DNA from: Phyllobates terribilis | Lineage: Eukaryota | NCBI RefSeq assembly: GCF_046119375.1 | Contig: NW_027362776.1 | Location: forward strand, 6,758,001 to 6,822,000 | Direction of reading: 5' to 3' | Length of the DNA: 64,000 nucleotides | Notes under the pieces: model-generated | Databases searched by the model: none | Told to the model about the DNA's origin: nothing | The model's input: only the letters and a program-made list of their open reading frames with translations | Shown: piece after piece, positions 37,401-53,900 of the stretch | Layout of the letters: the number at the start of each line of letters is the position of its first letter | Numbering within the stretch: position 1 is the first letter of the stretch | Program-made: the position numbers and the translations under genes

Positions 37401-40400
37401 CAGAACACTGATCAGAACACTGATGGCACACTGATCAGAACACTGCTAGGACACTGATCAGAACACTGATCAGAACACTGATCAGAACACTGATCAGAAC
37501 ACTGATCAGAACACTGATCAGAACACTGATCAGAACACTGATCAGAACACTGATGGTACGCTGCTGGCACACTGATCAGAACACTGATGGCAGACTGATC
37601 AGAGCACTGATCAGAACACTGATCAGAACACTGATGGCACACTGATCAGAGCACTGATCAGAACACTGTTCAGAACACTGATGGCACACTGATCAGAGCA
37701 CTGATCAGAACACTGTTCAGAACACTGATGGCACACTGATCAGAGCACTGCTGGGACACTGATCAGAACACTGATCAGAACACTGCTGGCACACTGATCG
37801 GAACACTGATGGCGCACTGATCAGAACACTGATGGTACACTGATCAGAACACTGCTGGCACACTGATCAGAACACTGCTGGCACACTGATCAGAACACTG
37901 CTGGCACACTGATCAGAACACTGATCATAACACTAATGGCACACTGATCAGAACACTAATGGCACACTGATCAGAACACTGCTGGGACACTGATCAGAAC
38001 ACTGATCAGAACACTGATGGCACACTTATCAGATCACTGTTGGTACACTGCTGGCACACTGATCAGAACACTGATGGCACACTGATCAGAACACTGATGG
38101 CACACTGATCAGAACACTGATGGCACACTGATCAGAACACTGTTGTCACACTGATCAGAACACTGATGGCACACTGATCAGAACACTGATGGCACACTGA
38201 TCAGAACACTGATGGCACACTGATCAGAACACTGATCAGAACACTGATCGGCACACTGATCAGAACACTGATGGCACACTGATCAGAACACAGATGGCAC
38301 ACTGATCAGAACACTGCTGGCACACTGATCAGAACACTGCTGGCACACTGATCAGAACACTGCTGGCACACTGATCAGAACACTGCTGGCACACTGATCA
38401 GAACACTGCTGGCACACTGATCAGAACACTGCTGGCACACTGATCAGAACACTGCTGGCACACTGATCAGAACACTGCTGGCACACTGATCAGAACACTG
38501 ATCATAACACTAATGGCACACTGATCAGAACACTAATGGCACACTGATCAGAACACTGCTGGGACACTGATCAGAACACTGATCAGAACACTGATGGCAC
38601 ACTTATCAGATCACTGTTGGTACACTGCTGGCACACTGATCAGAACACTGATGGCACACTGATCAGAGCACTGATCAGAACACTGATCAGAACACTGATG
38701 TCACACTGATCAGAACACTGATGTCACACTGATCAGAACACTGATGGCACACTGATCAGAACATTGCTGGCACACTGATCAGAACACTGATGGCACACTG
38801 ATCAGAACACTGATCAGAACACTGATGGTACGCTGCTGGCACACTTATCAGAACACTGATGGCACACTGATCAAAACACTGATCAGAACACTGCTGGGAC
38901 ACTGATCCGAACACTGATCAGAACACTGCTGGCACACTGATCAAAACACTGATCAGAACACTAATGTTACACTGCTGGCACACTGATCAGAACACTGATG
39001 GCACACTGATCAGAACACTGATGGCACACTGATCAGAACACTGATGGCACACTGATCAGAACACTGCTGGGACACTGATCAGAACACTGATCAGAACACT
39101 GATGGCACACTGATCAGATCACTGTTGGTACACTGCTGGCACACTGATCAGAACACTGATGGCACACTTATCAGAGCACTGATCAGAACACTGATGGCAC
39201 ACTGATCAGAACACTGATGGCACACTGATCAGAACACTGATGGCACACTGATCAGAACACTGATGGCACACTGATCAGAACATTGCTGGCACACTGATCA
39301 GAACATTGATGGCACACTTATCAGAACACTGATCAGAACACTGATCAGAACACTGATCAGAACACTGATCAGAACACTGATCAGAACACTGCTGGGACAC
39401 TGATCAGAACACTGATCAGAACACTGATGGTACACTGCTGGCACACTGATCAGAACAATGATGGCACACTGATCAGAACACTGATGGCACACTGATCAGA
39501 ACACTGTTGGCACACTGATCAGAACACTGTTGGCACACTGATCAGAACACTATTGGCACACTGATCAGAACACTGCTGGCTCACTGATCAGAACACTGCT
39601 GGCTCACTGATCAGAACACTGCTGGCTCACTGATCAGAACACTGCTGGCTCACTGATCAGAACACTGCTGGCTCACTGATCAGAATACTGATGGCACACT
39701 GATCAGAACACTAATGGTACACTGCTGGTACACTGCTAGCACGCTGATCAGAACACTGATCAGAACACTGATGGCACACTGATCAGAACACTGATCAGAA
39801 CACTGATCAGAACACTGTTCAGAACACTGTTCAGAACACTGATCAGAACACTGTTCAGAACACTGATGGCACACTGATCAGAGCACTGCTGGGACACTGA
39901 TCAGAACACTGATGGCACACTGATCGGAACACTGATGGCGCACTGATCAGAACACTGATGGTACACTGATGGTACACTGATGGCACACTGATCAGAACAC
40001 TGATGGCACACTGATCAGAACACTGATGGCACACTGATCAGAACACTGATGGCACACTGATCAGAACACTGATGGCACACTGATCAGAACACTGCTGGGA
40101 CACTGATCAGAACACTAATGGCACACTGATCAGAACACTAATGGCACACTGATCAGAACACTAATGGCACACTGATCAGAACACTAATGGCACACTGATC
40201 AGAACACTGATCAGAACACTGATCAGAACACTGATCAGAACACTGATCAGAACACTGATCAGAACACTGATGGTTCGCTGCTGGCACACTGATCAGAACA
40301 CTGATGGCACACTGATCAGAACACTGATCAGAACACTGATGGCACACTGATCAGAACACTGATGGCACACTGATCAGAACACTGATGGCACACTGATCAG

Positions 40401-43400
40401 AACACTGATGGCACACTGATCAGAACACTGATGGCACACTGATCAAAACACTGATCAGAACACTGATGGCACACTGATCAGAACACTGATGGCACACTGA
40501 TCAGAACACTGATCAGAACACTGATGGCACACTGATCAGATCACTGTTGGTACACTGCTGGCACACTGATCAGAACACTGATGGCACACTTATCAGAGCA
40601 CTGATCAGAACACTGATGGCACACTGATCAGAACACTGATGGCACACTGATCAGAACATTGCTGGCACACTGATCAGAACATTGATGGCACACTTATCAG
40701 AACACTGCTGGGACACTGATCAGAACACTGATCAGAACACTGATCAGAACACTGATCAGAACACTGCTGGGACACTGATCAGAACACTGATCAGAACACT
40801 GATCGGTACACTGCTAGCACACTGATCAGAACAATGATGGCACACTGATCAGAACACTGATGGCACACTGATCAGAACACTGCTGGCACACTGATCAGAA
40901 CACTGCTGGCACACTGATCAGAACACTGTTGGCACACTGATCAGAACACTATTGGCACACTGATCAGAACACTGCTGGCTCACTGATCAGAACACTGCTG
41001 GCTCACTGATCAGAATACTGATGGCACACTGATCAGAACACTGATGGCACACTGATCAGAACACTGATCAGAACACTGATGGCACACTGATCAGAACACT
41101 GCTGGGACACTGATCAGAACACTGATCAGAACACTGATCAGAACACTGATGGTACGCTGCTGGCACACTGATCAGAACACTGATGGCACACTGATCAGAG
41201 CACTGATCAGAACACTGATCAGAACACTGATGGCACACTGATCAGAGCACTGATCAGAACACTGTTCAGAACACTGATGGCACACTGATCAGAGCACTGA
41301 TCAGAACACTGTTCAGAACACTGATGGCACACTGATCAGAGCACTGCTGGCACACTGATCAGAACACTGTTGGCACACTGATGAGAGCACTGCTGGCACA
41401 CTGATGAGAACACTGTTGGCACACTGATCAGAACACTGCTGGCACACTGATCAGAACACTGATGGCACACTGATCAGAACATTGATGGCATATTGATCAG
41501 AACACTGCTGGCACACTGATCAGAACACTGCTGTCACACTGATCAGAACACTGCTGTCACACTGATCAAAACACTGTTGGCACACTGATCAGAACACTGC
41601 TGTCACACTGATCAAAACACTGATCAGAACACTGTTGGCACCCTGATCAGAACACTGCTGGCACACTGATCAGAACACTTCTGGCACACTGATCAGAACA
41701 CTTCTGGCACACTGATCAGAACATTGATGGCATATTGATCAGAACACTGCTGGCACACTGATCAGAACACTGCTGGCACACTGATCAGAACACTGCTGGC
41801 ACACTGATCAGAACACTGCTGGCGCACTGATCAGAACACTGCTGGCGCACTGATCAGAACACTGCTGGCGCACTGATCAGAACACTGCTGGCACACTGAT
41901 CAGAACACTGCTGGCACACTGATCAGAACACTGCTGGCACACTGATCAGAACACTGCTGGCACACTGATCAGAACACTGCTGGCACACTGATCAGAACAC
42001 TGCTGGCACACTGATCAGAACACTGCTGGCACACTGATCAGAACACTGCTGGCACACTGATCAGAACACTGCTGGCACACTGATCAGAACACTGCTGGCA
42101 CACTGATCAGAACACTGCTGGCACACTGATCAGAACACTGATCAGAACATGGATGGCACACTGATCAGAACAGTGCTGGCACACTGATCGGAACACTACT
42201 GGCACACTGATGGAACACTGCTGGCACACTGATCAGAACACTGCTGGCACACTGATCAGAACACTGATCAGAACACTGCTGGCACACTGATCAGAACACT
42301 GCTGGCACACTGATCAGAACACTGCTGTCACACTGATCAGTACACTGCTGTCACACTGATCAGTACACTGCTGTCACACTGATCAGTACACTGATGGCAC
42401 ACTGATCAGTACACTGCTGTCACACTGATCAGTACACTGATGGCACACTGATCAGAACAGTGCTGGCACACTGATCAGAACACTGATCAGAACACTGCTG
42501 GCACACTGATCAGAACACTGATCAGAACACTGCTGGCACACTGATCAGAACACTGATCAGAACACTGCTGGCACACTGATCAGAACACTGATCAGAACAC
42601 TGCTGGCACACTGATCAGAACACTGCTGGCACACTGATCAGAACACTGCTGGCACACTGATCAGAACACTGCTGGCACACTGATCAGAACACTGCTGGCA
42701 CACTGATCAGAACACTGATCAGAACATGGATGGCACACTGATCAGAACAGTGCTGGCACACTGATCAGAACACTGCTGGCACACTGATCAGAACACTGCT
42801 GGCACACTGATCAGAACACTGCTGGCACACTGATCAGAACACTGCTGTCACACTGATCAAAACACTGATCAGAACACTGTTGGCACACTGATCAGAACAC
42901 TGTTGGCACACTGATCAGAACACTGCTGGCACACTGATCAGAACACTTCTGGCACACTGATCAGAACATTGATGGCATATTGATCAGAACACTGCTGGCA
43001 CACTGATCAGAACACTGCTGGCACACTGATCAGAACACTAATGGCACACTGATCAGAACACTAATGGCACACTGATCAGAACACTGATGGCACACTGATC
43101 AGAACACTAATGGCACACTGATCAGAACACTGATCAGAACACTGATGGCACACTGATCAGAACACTGCTGGGACACTGATCAGAACACTGATCAGAACAC
43201 TGATCAGAACACTGATCAGAACACTGATGGTACGCTGCTGGCACACTGATCAGAACACTGATGGCACACTGATCAGAGCACTGATCAGAACACTGATCAG
43301 AACACTGATGGCACACTGATCAGAGCACTGATCAGAACACTGTTCAGAACACTGATGGCACACTGATCAGAGCACTGATCAGAACACTGTTCAGAACACT

Positions 43401-44989
43401 GATGGCACACTGATCAGAGCACTGCTGGGACACTGATCAGAACACTGATCAGAACACTGCTGGCACACTGATCGGAACACTGATGGCGCACTGATCAGAA
43501 CACTGATGGTACGCTGCTGGCACACTGATCAGAACACTGATGGCACACTGATCAGAACACTGATGGCACACTGATCAGAACACTGATGGCACACTGATCA
43601 GAACACTGGCACACTGATCAGAACACTGATGGCACACTGATCAGAACACTGATGGCACACTGATCAGAACACTGATGGCACACTGATCAGAACACTGATG
43701 GCACACTGATCAGAACACTGATGGCACACTGATCAGAACACTGATGGCACACTGATCAGAACACTGATCAGAACACTGATCGGCACACTGATCAGAACAC
43801 TGATGGCACACTGATCAGAACACTGATGGCACACTGATCAGAACACTGATGGCACACTGATCAGAACACTGATGGCACACTGATCAGAACACTGATGGCA
43901 CACTGATCAGAACACTGATGGCACACTGATCAGAACACTGATCAGAACACTGATGGCACACTGATCAGAACACTGATGGCACACTGATCAGAACACTGAT
44001 CAGAACACTGATGGCACACTGATCAGATCACTGTTGGTACACTGCTGGCACACTGATCAGAACACTGATGGCACACTTATCAGAGCACTGATCAGAACAC
44101 TGATGGCACACTGATCAGAACACTGATGGCACACTGATCAGAACATTGCTGGCACACTGATCAGAACATTGATGGCACACTTATCAGAACACTGCTGGGA
44201 CACTGATCAGAACACTGATCAGAACACTGATCAGAACACTGATCAGAACACTGCTGGGACACTGATCAGAACACTGATCAGAACACTGATGGTACACTGC
44301 TGGCACACTGATCAGAATACTGATGGCACACTGATCAGAACACTGATGGCACACTGATCAGAACACTGATCAGAACACTGATGGCACACTGATCAGAACA
44401 CTGCTGGGACACTGATCAGAACACTGATCAGAACACTGATCAGAACACTGATGGTACGCTGCTGGCACACTGATCAGAGCACTGATCAGAACACTGATGG
44501 CACACTGATCAGAGCACTGATCAGAACACTGTTCAGAACACTGATGGCACACTGATCAGAGCACTGATCAGAACACTGTTCAGAACACTGATGGCACACT
44601 GATCAGAGCACTGCTGGGACACTGATCAGAACACTGATCAGAACACTGCTGGCACACTGATCGGAACACTGATGGCGCACTGATCAGAACACTGATGGTA
44701 CGCTGCTGGCACACTGATTAGAACACTGATGGCACACTGATCAGAACACTGATGGCACACTGATCAGAACACTGATGGCACACTGATCAGAACACTGCTG
44801 GCACACTGATCAGAACACTGCTGGCACACTGATCAGAACACTGCTGGCACACTGATCAGAACACTGCTGGCACACTGATCAGAACACTGCTGGCACACTG
44901 ATCAGAACACTGCTGGCACACTGATCAGAACACTGCTGGCACACTGATCAGAACACTGCTGGCACACTGATCAGAACACTGCTGGCACA

Positions 44990-47900
44990 CTGATCAGAAC
45001 ACTGATCAGAACACTAATGGCACACTGATCAGAACACTAATGGCACACTGATCAGAACACTGCTGGGACACTGATCAGAACACTGATCAGAACACTGATG
45101 GCACACTTATCAGATCACTGTTGGTACACTGCTGGCACACTGATCAGAACACTGATGGCACACTGATCAGAGCACTGATCAGAACACTGATCAGAACACT
45201 GATGTCACACTGATCAGAACACTGATGGCACACTGATCAGAACACTGATGGCACACTGATCAGAACACTGATGGTACGCTGCTGGCACACTTATCAGAAC
45301 ACTGATGGCACACTGATCAGAGCACTGATCAGAACACTGATCAGAACACTGATGTCACACTGATCAGAACACTGATGGCACACTGATCAGAACACTGATG
45401 GCACACTGATCAGAACACTGATGGTACGCTGCTGGCACACTTATCAGAACACTGATGGCACACTGATCAGATCACTGTTGGTACACTGCTGGCACACTGA
45501 TCAGAACACTGATGGCACACTTATCAGAGCACTGATCAGAACACTGATGGCACACTGATCAGAACACTGATGGCACACTGATCAGAACACTGATGGCACA
45601 CTGATCAGAACACTGATGGCACACTGATCAGAACATTGCTGGCACACTGATCAGAACATTGATGGCACACTAATCAGAACACTGCTGGGACACTGATCAG
45701 AACACTGATCAGAACACTGATCAGAACACTGATCAGAACACTGATCAGAACACTGATCAGAACACTGATCAGAACACTGCTGGGACACTGATCAGAACTC
45801 TGATCAGAACACTGATGGTACACTGCTGGCACACTGATCAGAACAATGATGGCACACTGATCAGAACACTGATGGCACACTGATCAGAACACTGTTGGCA
45901 CACTGATCAGAACACTGTTGGCACACTGATCAGAACACTATTGGCACACTGATCAGAACACTGCTGGCTCACTGATCAGAACACTGCTGGCTCACTGATC
46001 AGAACACTGCTGGCTCACTGATCAGAACACTGCTGGCTCACTGATCAGAATACTGATGGCACACTGATCAGAACACTGATGGTACACTGCTGGTACACTG
46101 CTAGCACGCTGATCAGAACACTGATCAGAACACTGATGGCACACTGATCAGAACACTGATCAGAACACTGTTCAGAACACTGTTCAGAACACTGATGGCA
46201 CACTGATCAGAGCACTGCTGGGACACTGATCAGAACACTGATGGCACACTGATCGGAACACTGATGGCGCACTGATCAGAACACTGATGGTACTCTGATG
46301 GCACACTGATCAGAACACTGATGGCACACTGATCAGAACACTGATGGCACACTGATCAGAACACTGATGGCACACTGATCAGAACACTGATGGCACACTG
46401 ATCAGAACACTGATGGCACACTGATCAGAACACTGCTGGGACACTGATCAGAACACTAATGGCACACTGATCAGAACACTAATGGCACACTGATCAGAAC
46501 ACTAATGGCACACTGATCAGAACACTGATCAGAACACTGATCAGAACACTGATCAGAACACTGATCAGAACACTGATGGTTCGCTGCTGGCACACTGATC
46601 AGAACACTGATGGCACACTGATCAGAACACTGATCAGAACACTGATCAGAACACTGATGGCACACTGATCAGAACACTGATGGCACACTGATCAGAACAC
46701 TGATGGCACACTGATCAGAACACTGATGGCACACTGATCAGAACACTGATGGCACACTGATCAGAACACTGATGGCACACTGATCAGAACACTGATGGCA
46801 CACTGATCAGAACACTGATGGCACACTGATCAGAACACTGATCAGAACACTGATGGCACACTGATCAGATCACTGTTGGTACACTGCTGGCACACTGATC
46901 AGAACACTGATGGCACACTTATCAGAGCACTGATCAGAACACTGATGGCACACTGATCAGAACACTGATGGCACACTGATCAGAACATTGATGGCACACT
47001 TATCAGAACACTGATCAGAACACTGATCAGAACACTGCTGGGACACTGATCAGAACACTGATCAGAACACTGATCAGAACACTGATCAGAACACTGATCA
47101 GAACACTGCTGGGACACTGATCAGAACACTGATCAGAACACTGATGGTACACTGCTGGCACACTGATCAGAACACTGATGGCACACTGATCAGAACACTG
47201 CTGGCACAGTGATCAGAACACTGTTGGCACACTGATCAGAACACTGATGGCACACTGATCAGAACACTGTTGTCACACTGATCAGAACACTGTTGTCACA
47301 CTGATCAGAACACTGATGGCACACTGATCAGAACACTGATGGCACACTGATCAGAACACTGATGGCACACTGATCAGAACACTGATGGCACACTGATCAG
47401 AACACTGTTGTCACACTGATCAGAACACTGATGGCACACTGATCAGAACACTGATGGCACACTGATCAGAACACTGATGGCACACTGATCAGAACACTGA
47501 TCAGAACACTGATCGGCACACTGATCAGAACACTGATGGCACACTGATCAGAACACTGATGGCACACTGATCAGAACACTGATGGCACACTGATCAGAAC
47601 ACTGATGGCACACTGATCAGAACACTGCTGGCACACTGATCAGAACACTGCTGGCACACTGATCAGAACACTATTGGCACACTGATCAGAACACTGCTGG
47701 CTCACTGATCAGAACACTGCTGGCTCACTGATCAGAACACTGCTGGCTCACTGATCAGAACACTGCTGGCTCACTGATCAGAACACTGCTGGCTCACTGA
47801 TCAGAATACTGATGGCACACTGATCAGAACACTGATGGTACACTGCTGGTACACTGCTAGCACGCTGATCAGAACACTGATCAGAACACTGATGGCACAC

Positions 47901-50900
47901 AGATCAGAACACTGATCAGAACACTGTTCAGAACACTGATCAGAACACTGTTCAGAACACTGATGGCACACTGATCAGAGCACTGCTGGGACACTGATCA
48001 GAACACTGATGGCACACTGATCGGAACACTGATGGCGCACTGATCAGAACACTGATGGCACACTGATCAGAACACTGATGGCACACTGATCAGAACACTG
48101 ATGGCACACTGATCAGAACACTGATGGCACACTGATCAGAACACTGATGGCACACTGATCAGAACACTGCTGGGACACTGATCAGAACACTAATGGCACA
48201 CTGATCAGAACACTAATGGCACACTGATCAGAACACTAATGGCACACTGATCAGAACACTGATCAGAACACTGATCAGAACACTGATCAGAACACTGATG
48301 GTTCGCTGCTGGCACACTGATCAGAACACTGATGGCACACTGATCAGAACACTGATCAGAACACTGATCGGCACACTGATCAGAACACTGATGGCACACT
48401 GATCAGAACACTGATGGCACACTGATCAGAACACTGATGGCACACTGATCAGAACACTGATGGCACACTGATCAGAACACTGATGGCACACTGATCAGAA
48501 CACTGATGGCACACTGATCAGAACACTGATGGCACACTGATCAGAACACTGATCAGAACACTGATGGCACACTGATCAGATCACTGTTGGTACACTGCTG
48601 GCACACTGATCAGAACACTGATGGCACACTTATCAGAGCACTGATCAGAACACTGATGGCACACTGATCAGAACACTGATGGCACACTGATCAGAACACT
48701 GATGGCACACTGATCAGAACATTGATGGCACACTTATCAGAACACTGATCAGAACACTGATCAGAACACTGCTGGGACACTGATCAGAACACTGATCAGA
48801 ACACTGATCAGAACACTGATCAGAACACTGCTGGGACACTGATCAGAACACTGATCAGAACACTGATGGTACACTGCTGGCACACTGATCAGAACAATGA
48901 TGGCACACTGATCAGAACACTGATGGCACACTGATCAGAACACTGCTGGCACACTGATCAGAACACTGTTGGCACACTGATCAGAACACTGATGGCACAC
49001 TGATCAGAACACTGTTGTCACACTGATCAGAACACTGTTGTCACACTGATCAGAACACTGATGGCACACTGATCAGAACACTGATGGCACACTGATCAGA
49101 ACACTGATGGCACACTGATCAGAACACTGTTGTCACACTGATCAGAACACTGATGGCACACTGATCAGAACACTGATGGCACACTGATCAGAACACTGAT
49201 GGCACACTGATCAGAACACTGATCAGAACACTGATCGGCACACTGATCAGAACACTGATGGCACACTGATCAGAACACTGATGGCACACTGATCAGAACA
49301 CTGATGGCACACTGATCAGAACACTGCTGGCACACTGATCAGAACACTGCTGGCACACTGATCAGAACACTGCTGGCACACTGATCAGAACACTGCTGGC
49401 ACACTGATCAGAACACTGCTGGCACACTGATCAGAACACTGATGGCGCACTGATCAGAGCACTGATCAGAACACTGATCAGAACACTGATGTCACACTGA
49501 TCAGAACACTGATGTCACACTGATCAGAACACTGATGGCACACTGATCAGAACATTGCTGGCACACTGATCAGAACACTGATGGCACACTGATCAGAACA
49601 CTGATCAGAACACTGATGGTACGCTGCTGGCACACTTATCAGAACACTGATGGCACACTGATCAAAACACTGATCAGAACACTGCTGGGACACTGATCCG
49701 AACACTGATCAGAACACTGCTGGCACACTGATCAAAACACTGATCAGAACACTAATGTTACACTGCTGGCACACTGATCAGAACACTGATCAGAACACTG
49801 ATGGCACACTGATCAGAACACTGATGGCACACTGATCAGAACACTGATGGCACACTGATCAGAACACTGCTGGGACACTGATCAGAACACTGATCAGAAC
49901 ACTGATGGCACACTGATCAGATCACTGTTGGTACACTGCTGGCACACTGATCAGAACACTGATGGCACACTTATCAGAGCACTGATCAGAACACTGATGG
50001 CACACTGATCAGAACACTGATGGCACACTGATCAGAACACTGATGGCACACTGATCAGAACACTGATGGCACACTGATCAGAACATTGCTGGCACACTGA
50101 TCAGAACATTGATGGCACACTTATCAGAACACTGCTGGGACACTGATCAGAACACTGATCAGAACACTGATCAGAACACTGATCAGAACACTGATCAGAA
50201 CACTGATCAGAACACTGCTGGGACACTGATCAGAACACTGATCAGAACACTGATGGTACACTGCTGGCACACTGATCAGAACACTGATGGTACACTGCTG
50301 GCACACTGATCAGAACACTGATGGCACACTGATCAGAACACTGATGGCACACTGATCAGAACACTGTTGGCACACTGATCAGAACACTGTTAGCACACTG
50401 ATCAGAACACTATTGGCACACTGATCAGAACACTGCTGGCTCACTGATCAGAACACTGCTGGCTCACTGATCAGAACACTGCTGGCTCACTGATCAGAAT
50501 ACTGATGGCACACTGATCAGAACACTGATGGTACACTGCTGGTACACTGCTAGCACGCTGATCAGAACACTGATCAGAACACTGATGGCACACTGATCAG
50601 AACACTGATCAGAACACTGTTCAGAACACTGATCAGAACACTGTTCAGAACACTGATGGCACACTGATCAGAGCACTGCTGGGACACTGATCAGAACGCT
50701 GATGGCACACTGATCGGAACACTGATGGCGCACTGATCAGAACACTGATGGTACACTGATGGCACACTGATCAGAACACTGATGGCACACTGATCAGAAC
50801 ACTGATGGCACACTGATCAGAACACTGATGGCACACTGATCAGAACACTGCTGGGACACTGATCAGAACACTAATGGCACACTGATCAGAACACTAATGG

Positions 50901-53900
50901 CACACTGATCAGAACACTAATGGCACACTGATCAGAACACTGATCAGAACACTGATCAGAACACTGATCAGAACACTGATCAGAACACTGATCAGAACAC
51001 TGATCAGAACACTGATCAGAACACTGATGGTTCGCTGCTGGCACACTGATCAGAACACTGATGGCACACTGATCAGAGCACTGATCAGAGCACTGATCAG
51101 AGCACTGATCAGAGCACTGATGGCACACTGATCAGAACACTGATGGCACACTGATCAGAACACTGATGGCACACTGATCAGAACACTGCTGGCACACTGA
51201 TCAGAACACTGCTGGGACACTGATCAGAACACTGCTGGGACACTGATCAGAACACTGCTGGCACACTGATCAGAACACTGCTGGCACACTGATCAGAACA
51301 CTGCTGGCACACTGATCAGAACACTGCTGGCACACTGATCAGAACACTGCTGGCACACTGATCAGAACACTGCTGGCACACTGATCAGAACACTGCTGGC
51401 ACACTGATCAGAACACTGCTGGCACACTGATCAGAACACTGCTGGCACACTGATCAGAACACTGCTGGCACACTGATCAGAACACTGCTGGGACACTGAT
51501 CAGAACACTGATCAGAACACTGCTGGCACACTGATCAGAACACTGATGGCGCACTGATCAGAACACTGATGGCACACTGCTGGCACACTGATCAGAACAC
51601 TGATGGCACACTGATCAGAACACTGATGGCACACTGATCAGAACACTGCTGGCACACTGATCAGAACACTGTTGGCACACTGATCAGAACACTATTGGCA
51701 CACTTATCAGAACACTGCTGGGACACTGATCAGAACACTGATCAGAATACTGATGGCACACTGATCAGAACACTGATGGTACACTGCTGGTACACTGCTA
51801 GCACGCTGATCAGAACACTGATCAGAACACTGATGGCACACTGATCAGAACACTGATGGCACACTGATCGGAACACTGATGGCGCACTGATCAGAACACT
51901 GATGGTACGCTGCTGGCACACTGATCAGAACACTGATGGCACACTGATCAGAACACTGATGGCACACTGATGGCACACTGATCAGAACACTGATGGCACA
52001 CTGATCAGAACACTGATGGCACACTGATCAGAACACTGATGGCACACTGATCAGAACACTGATGGCACACTGATCAGAACACTGATGGCACACTGATCAG
52101 AACACTGATGGCACACTGATCAGAACACTGATGGCACACTTATCAGAACACTGATGGGACACTGATCAGAACACTGATGGGACACTGATCAGAACACTGA
52201 TGGCCCACTGATCAGAACACTGATCAGAACACTGATGGCACACTGATCAGAACACTGATGGTATGCTTCTGGCACACTTAACAGAACACTGATGGCACAC
52301 TGATCAAAACACTGATCAGAACACTGCTGGGACACTGATCAGAACACTGATGGCACACTGATCAGAACACTGCTGGCACACTGATCAGAACACTGATGGC
52401 ACACTGATCAGAACACTGCTGGCACACTGATCAGAACACTGCTGGCACACTGATCAGAACACTGATCAGAACACTAATGGCACACTGATCAGAACACTAA
52501 TGGCACACTGATCAGAACACTGCTGGGACACTGATCAGAACACTGATCAGAACACTGATGGCACACTTATCAGAACACTGATGGGACACTGATCAGAACA
52601 CTGATGGGACACTGATCAGAACACTGATGGCCCACTGATCAGAACACTGATCAGAACACTGATGGCACACTGATCAGAACACTGATGGTATGCTTCTGGC
52701 ACACTTAACAGAACACTGATGGCACACTGATCAAAACACTGATCAGAACACTGCTGGGACACTGATCAGAACACTGATGGCACACTGATCAGAACACTGC
52801 TGGCACACTGATCAGAACACTGATGGCACACTGATCAGAACACTGCTGGCACACTGATCAGAACACTGCTGGCACACTGATCAGAACACTGATCAGAACA
52901 CTAATGGCACACTGATCAGAACACTAATGGCACACTGATCAGAACACTGCTGGGACACTGATCAGAACACTGATCAGAACACTGATGGCACACTTATCAG
53001 ATCACTGTTGGTACACTGCTGGCACACTGATCAGAACACTGATGGCACACTGATCAGAGCACTGATCAGAACACTGATCAGAACACTGATGTCACACTGA
53101 TCAGAACACTGATGGCACACTGATCAGAACACTGATGGCACACTGATCAGAACACTGATGGTACGCTGCTGGCACACTTATCAGAACACTGATGGCACAC
53201 TGATCAGAGCACTGATCAGAACACTGATCAGAACACTGATGTCACACTGATCAGAACACTGATGGCACACTGATCAGAACACTGATGGCACACTGATCAG
53301 AACACTGATGGTACGCTGCTGGCACACTTATCAGAACACTGATGGCACACTGATCAGATCACTGTTGGTACACTGCTGGCACACTGATCAGAACACTGAT
53401 GGCACACTTATCAGAGCACTGATCAGAACACTGATGGCACACTGATCAGAACACTGATGGCACACTGATCAGAACACTGATGGCACACTGATCAGAACAC
53501 TGATGGCACACTGATCAGAACATTGCTGGCACACTGATCAGAACATTGATGGCACACTAATCAGAACACTGCTGGGACACTGATCAGAACACTGATCAGA
53601 ACACTGATCAGAACACTGATCAGAACACTGATCAGAACACTGATCAGAACACTGATCAGAACACTGATCAGAACACTGCTGGGACACTGATCAGAACTCT
53701 GATCAGAACACTGATGGTACACTGCTGGCACACTGATCAGAACAATGATGGCACACTGATCAGAACACTGATGGCACACTGATCAGAACACTGTTGGCAC
53801 ACTGATCAGAACACTGTTGGCACACTGATCAGAACACTATTGGCACACTGATCAGAACACTGCTGGCTCACTGATCAGAACACTGCTGGCTCACTGATCA

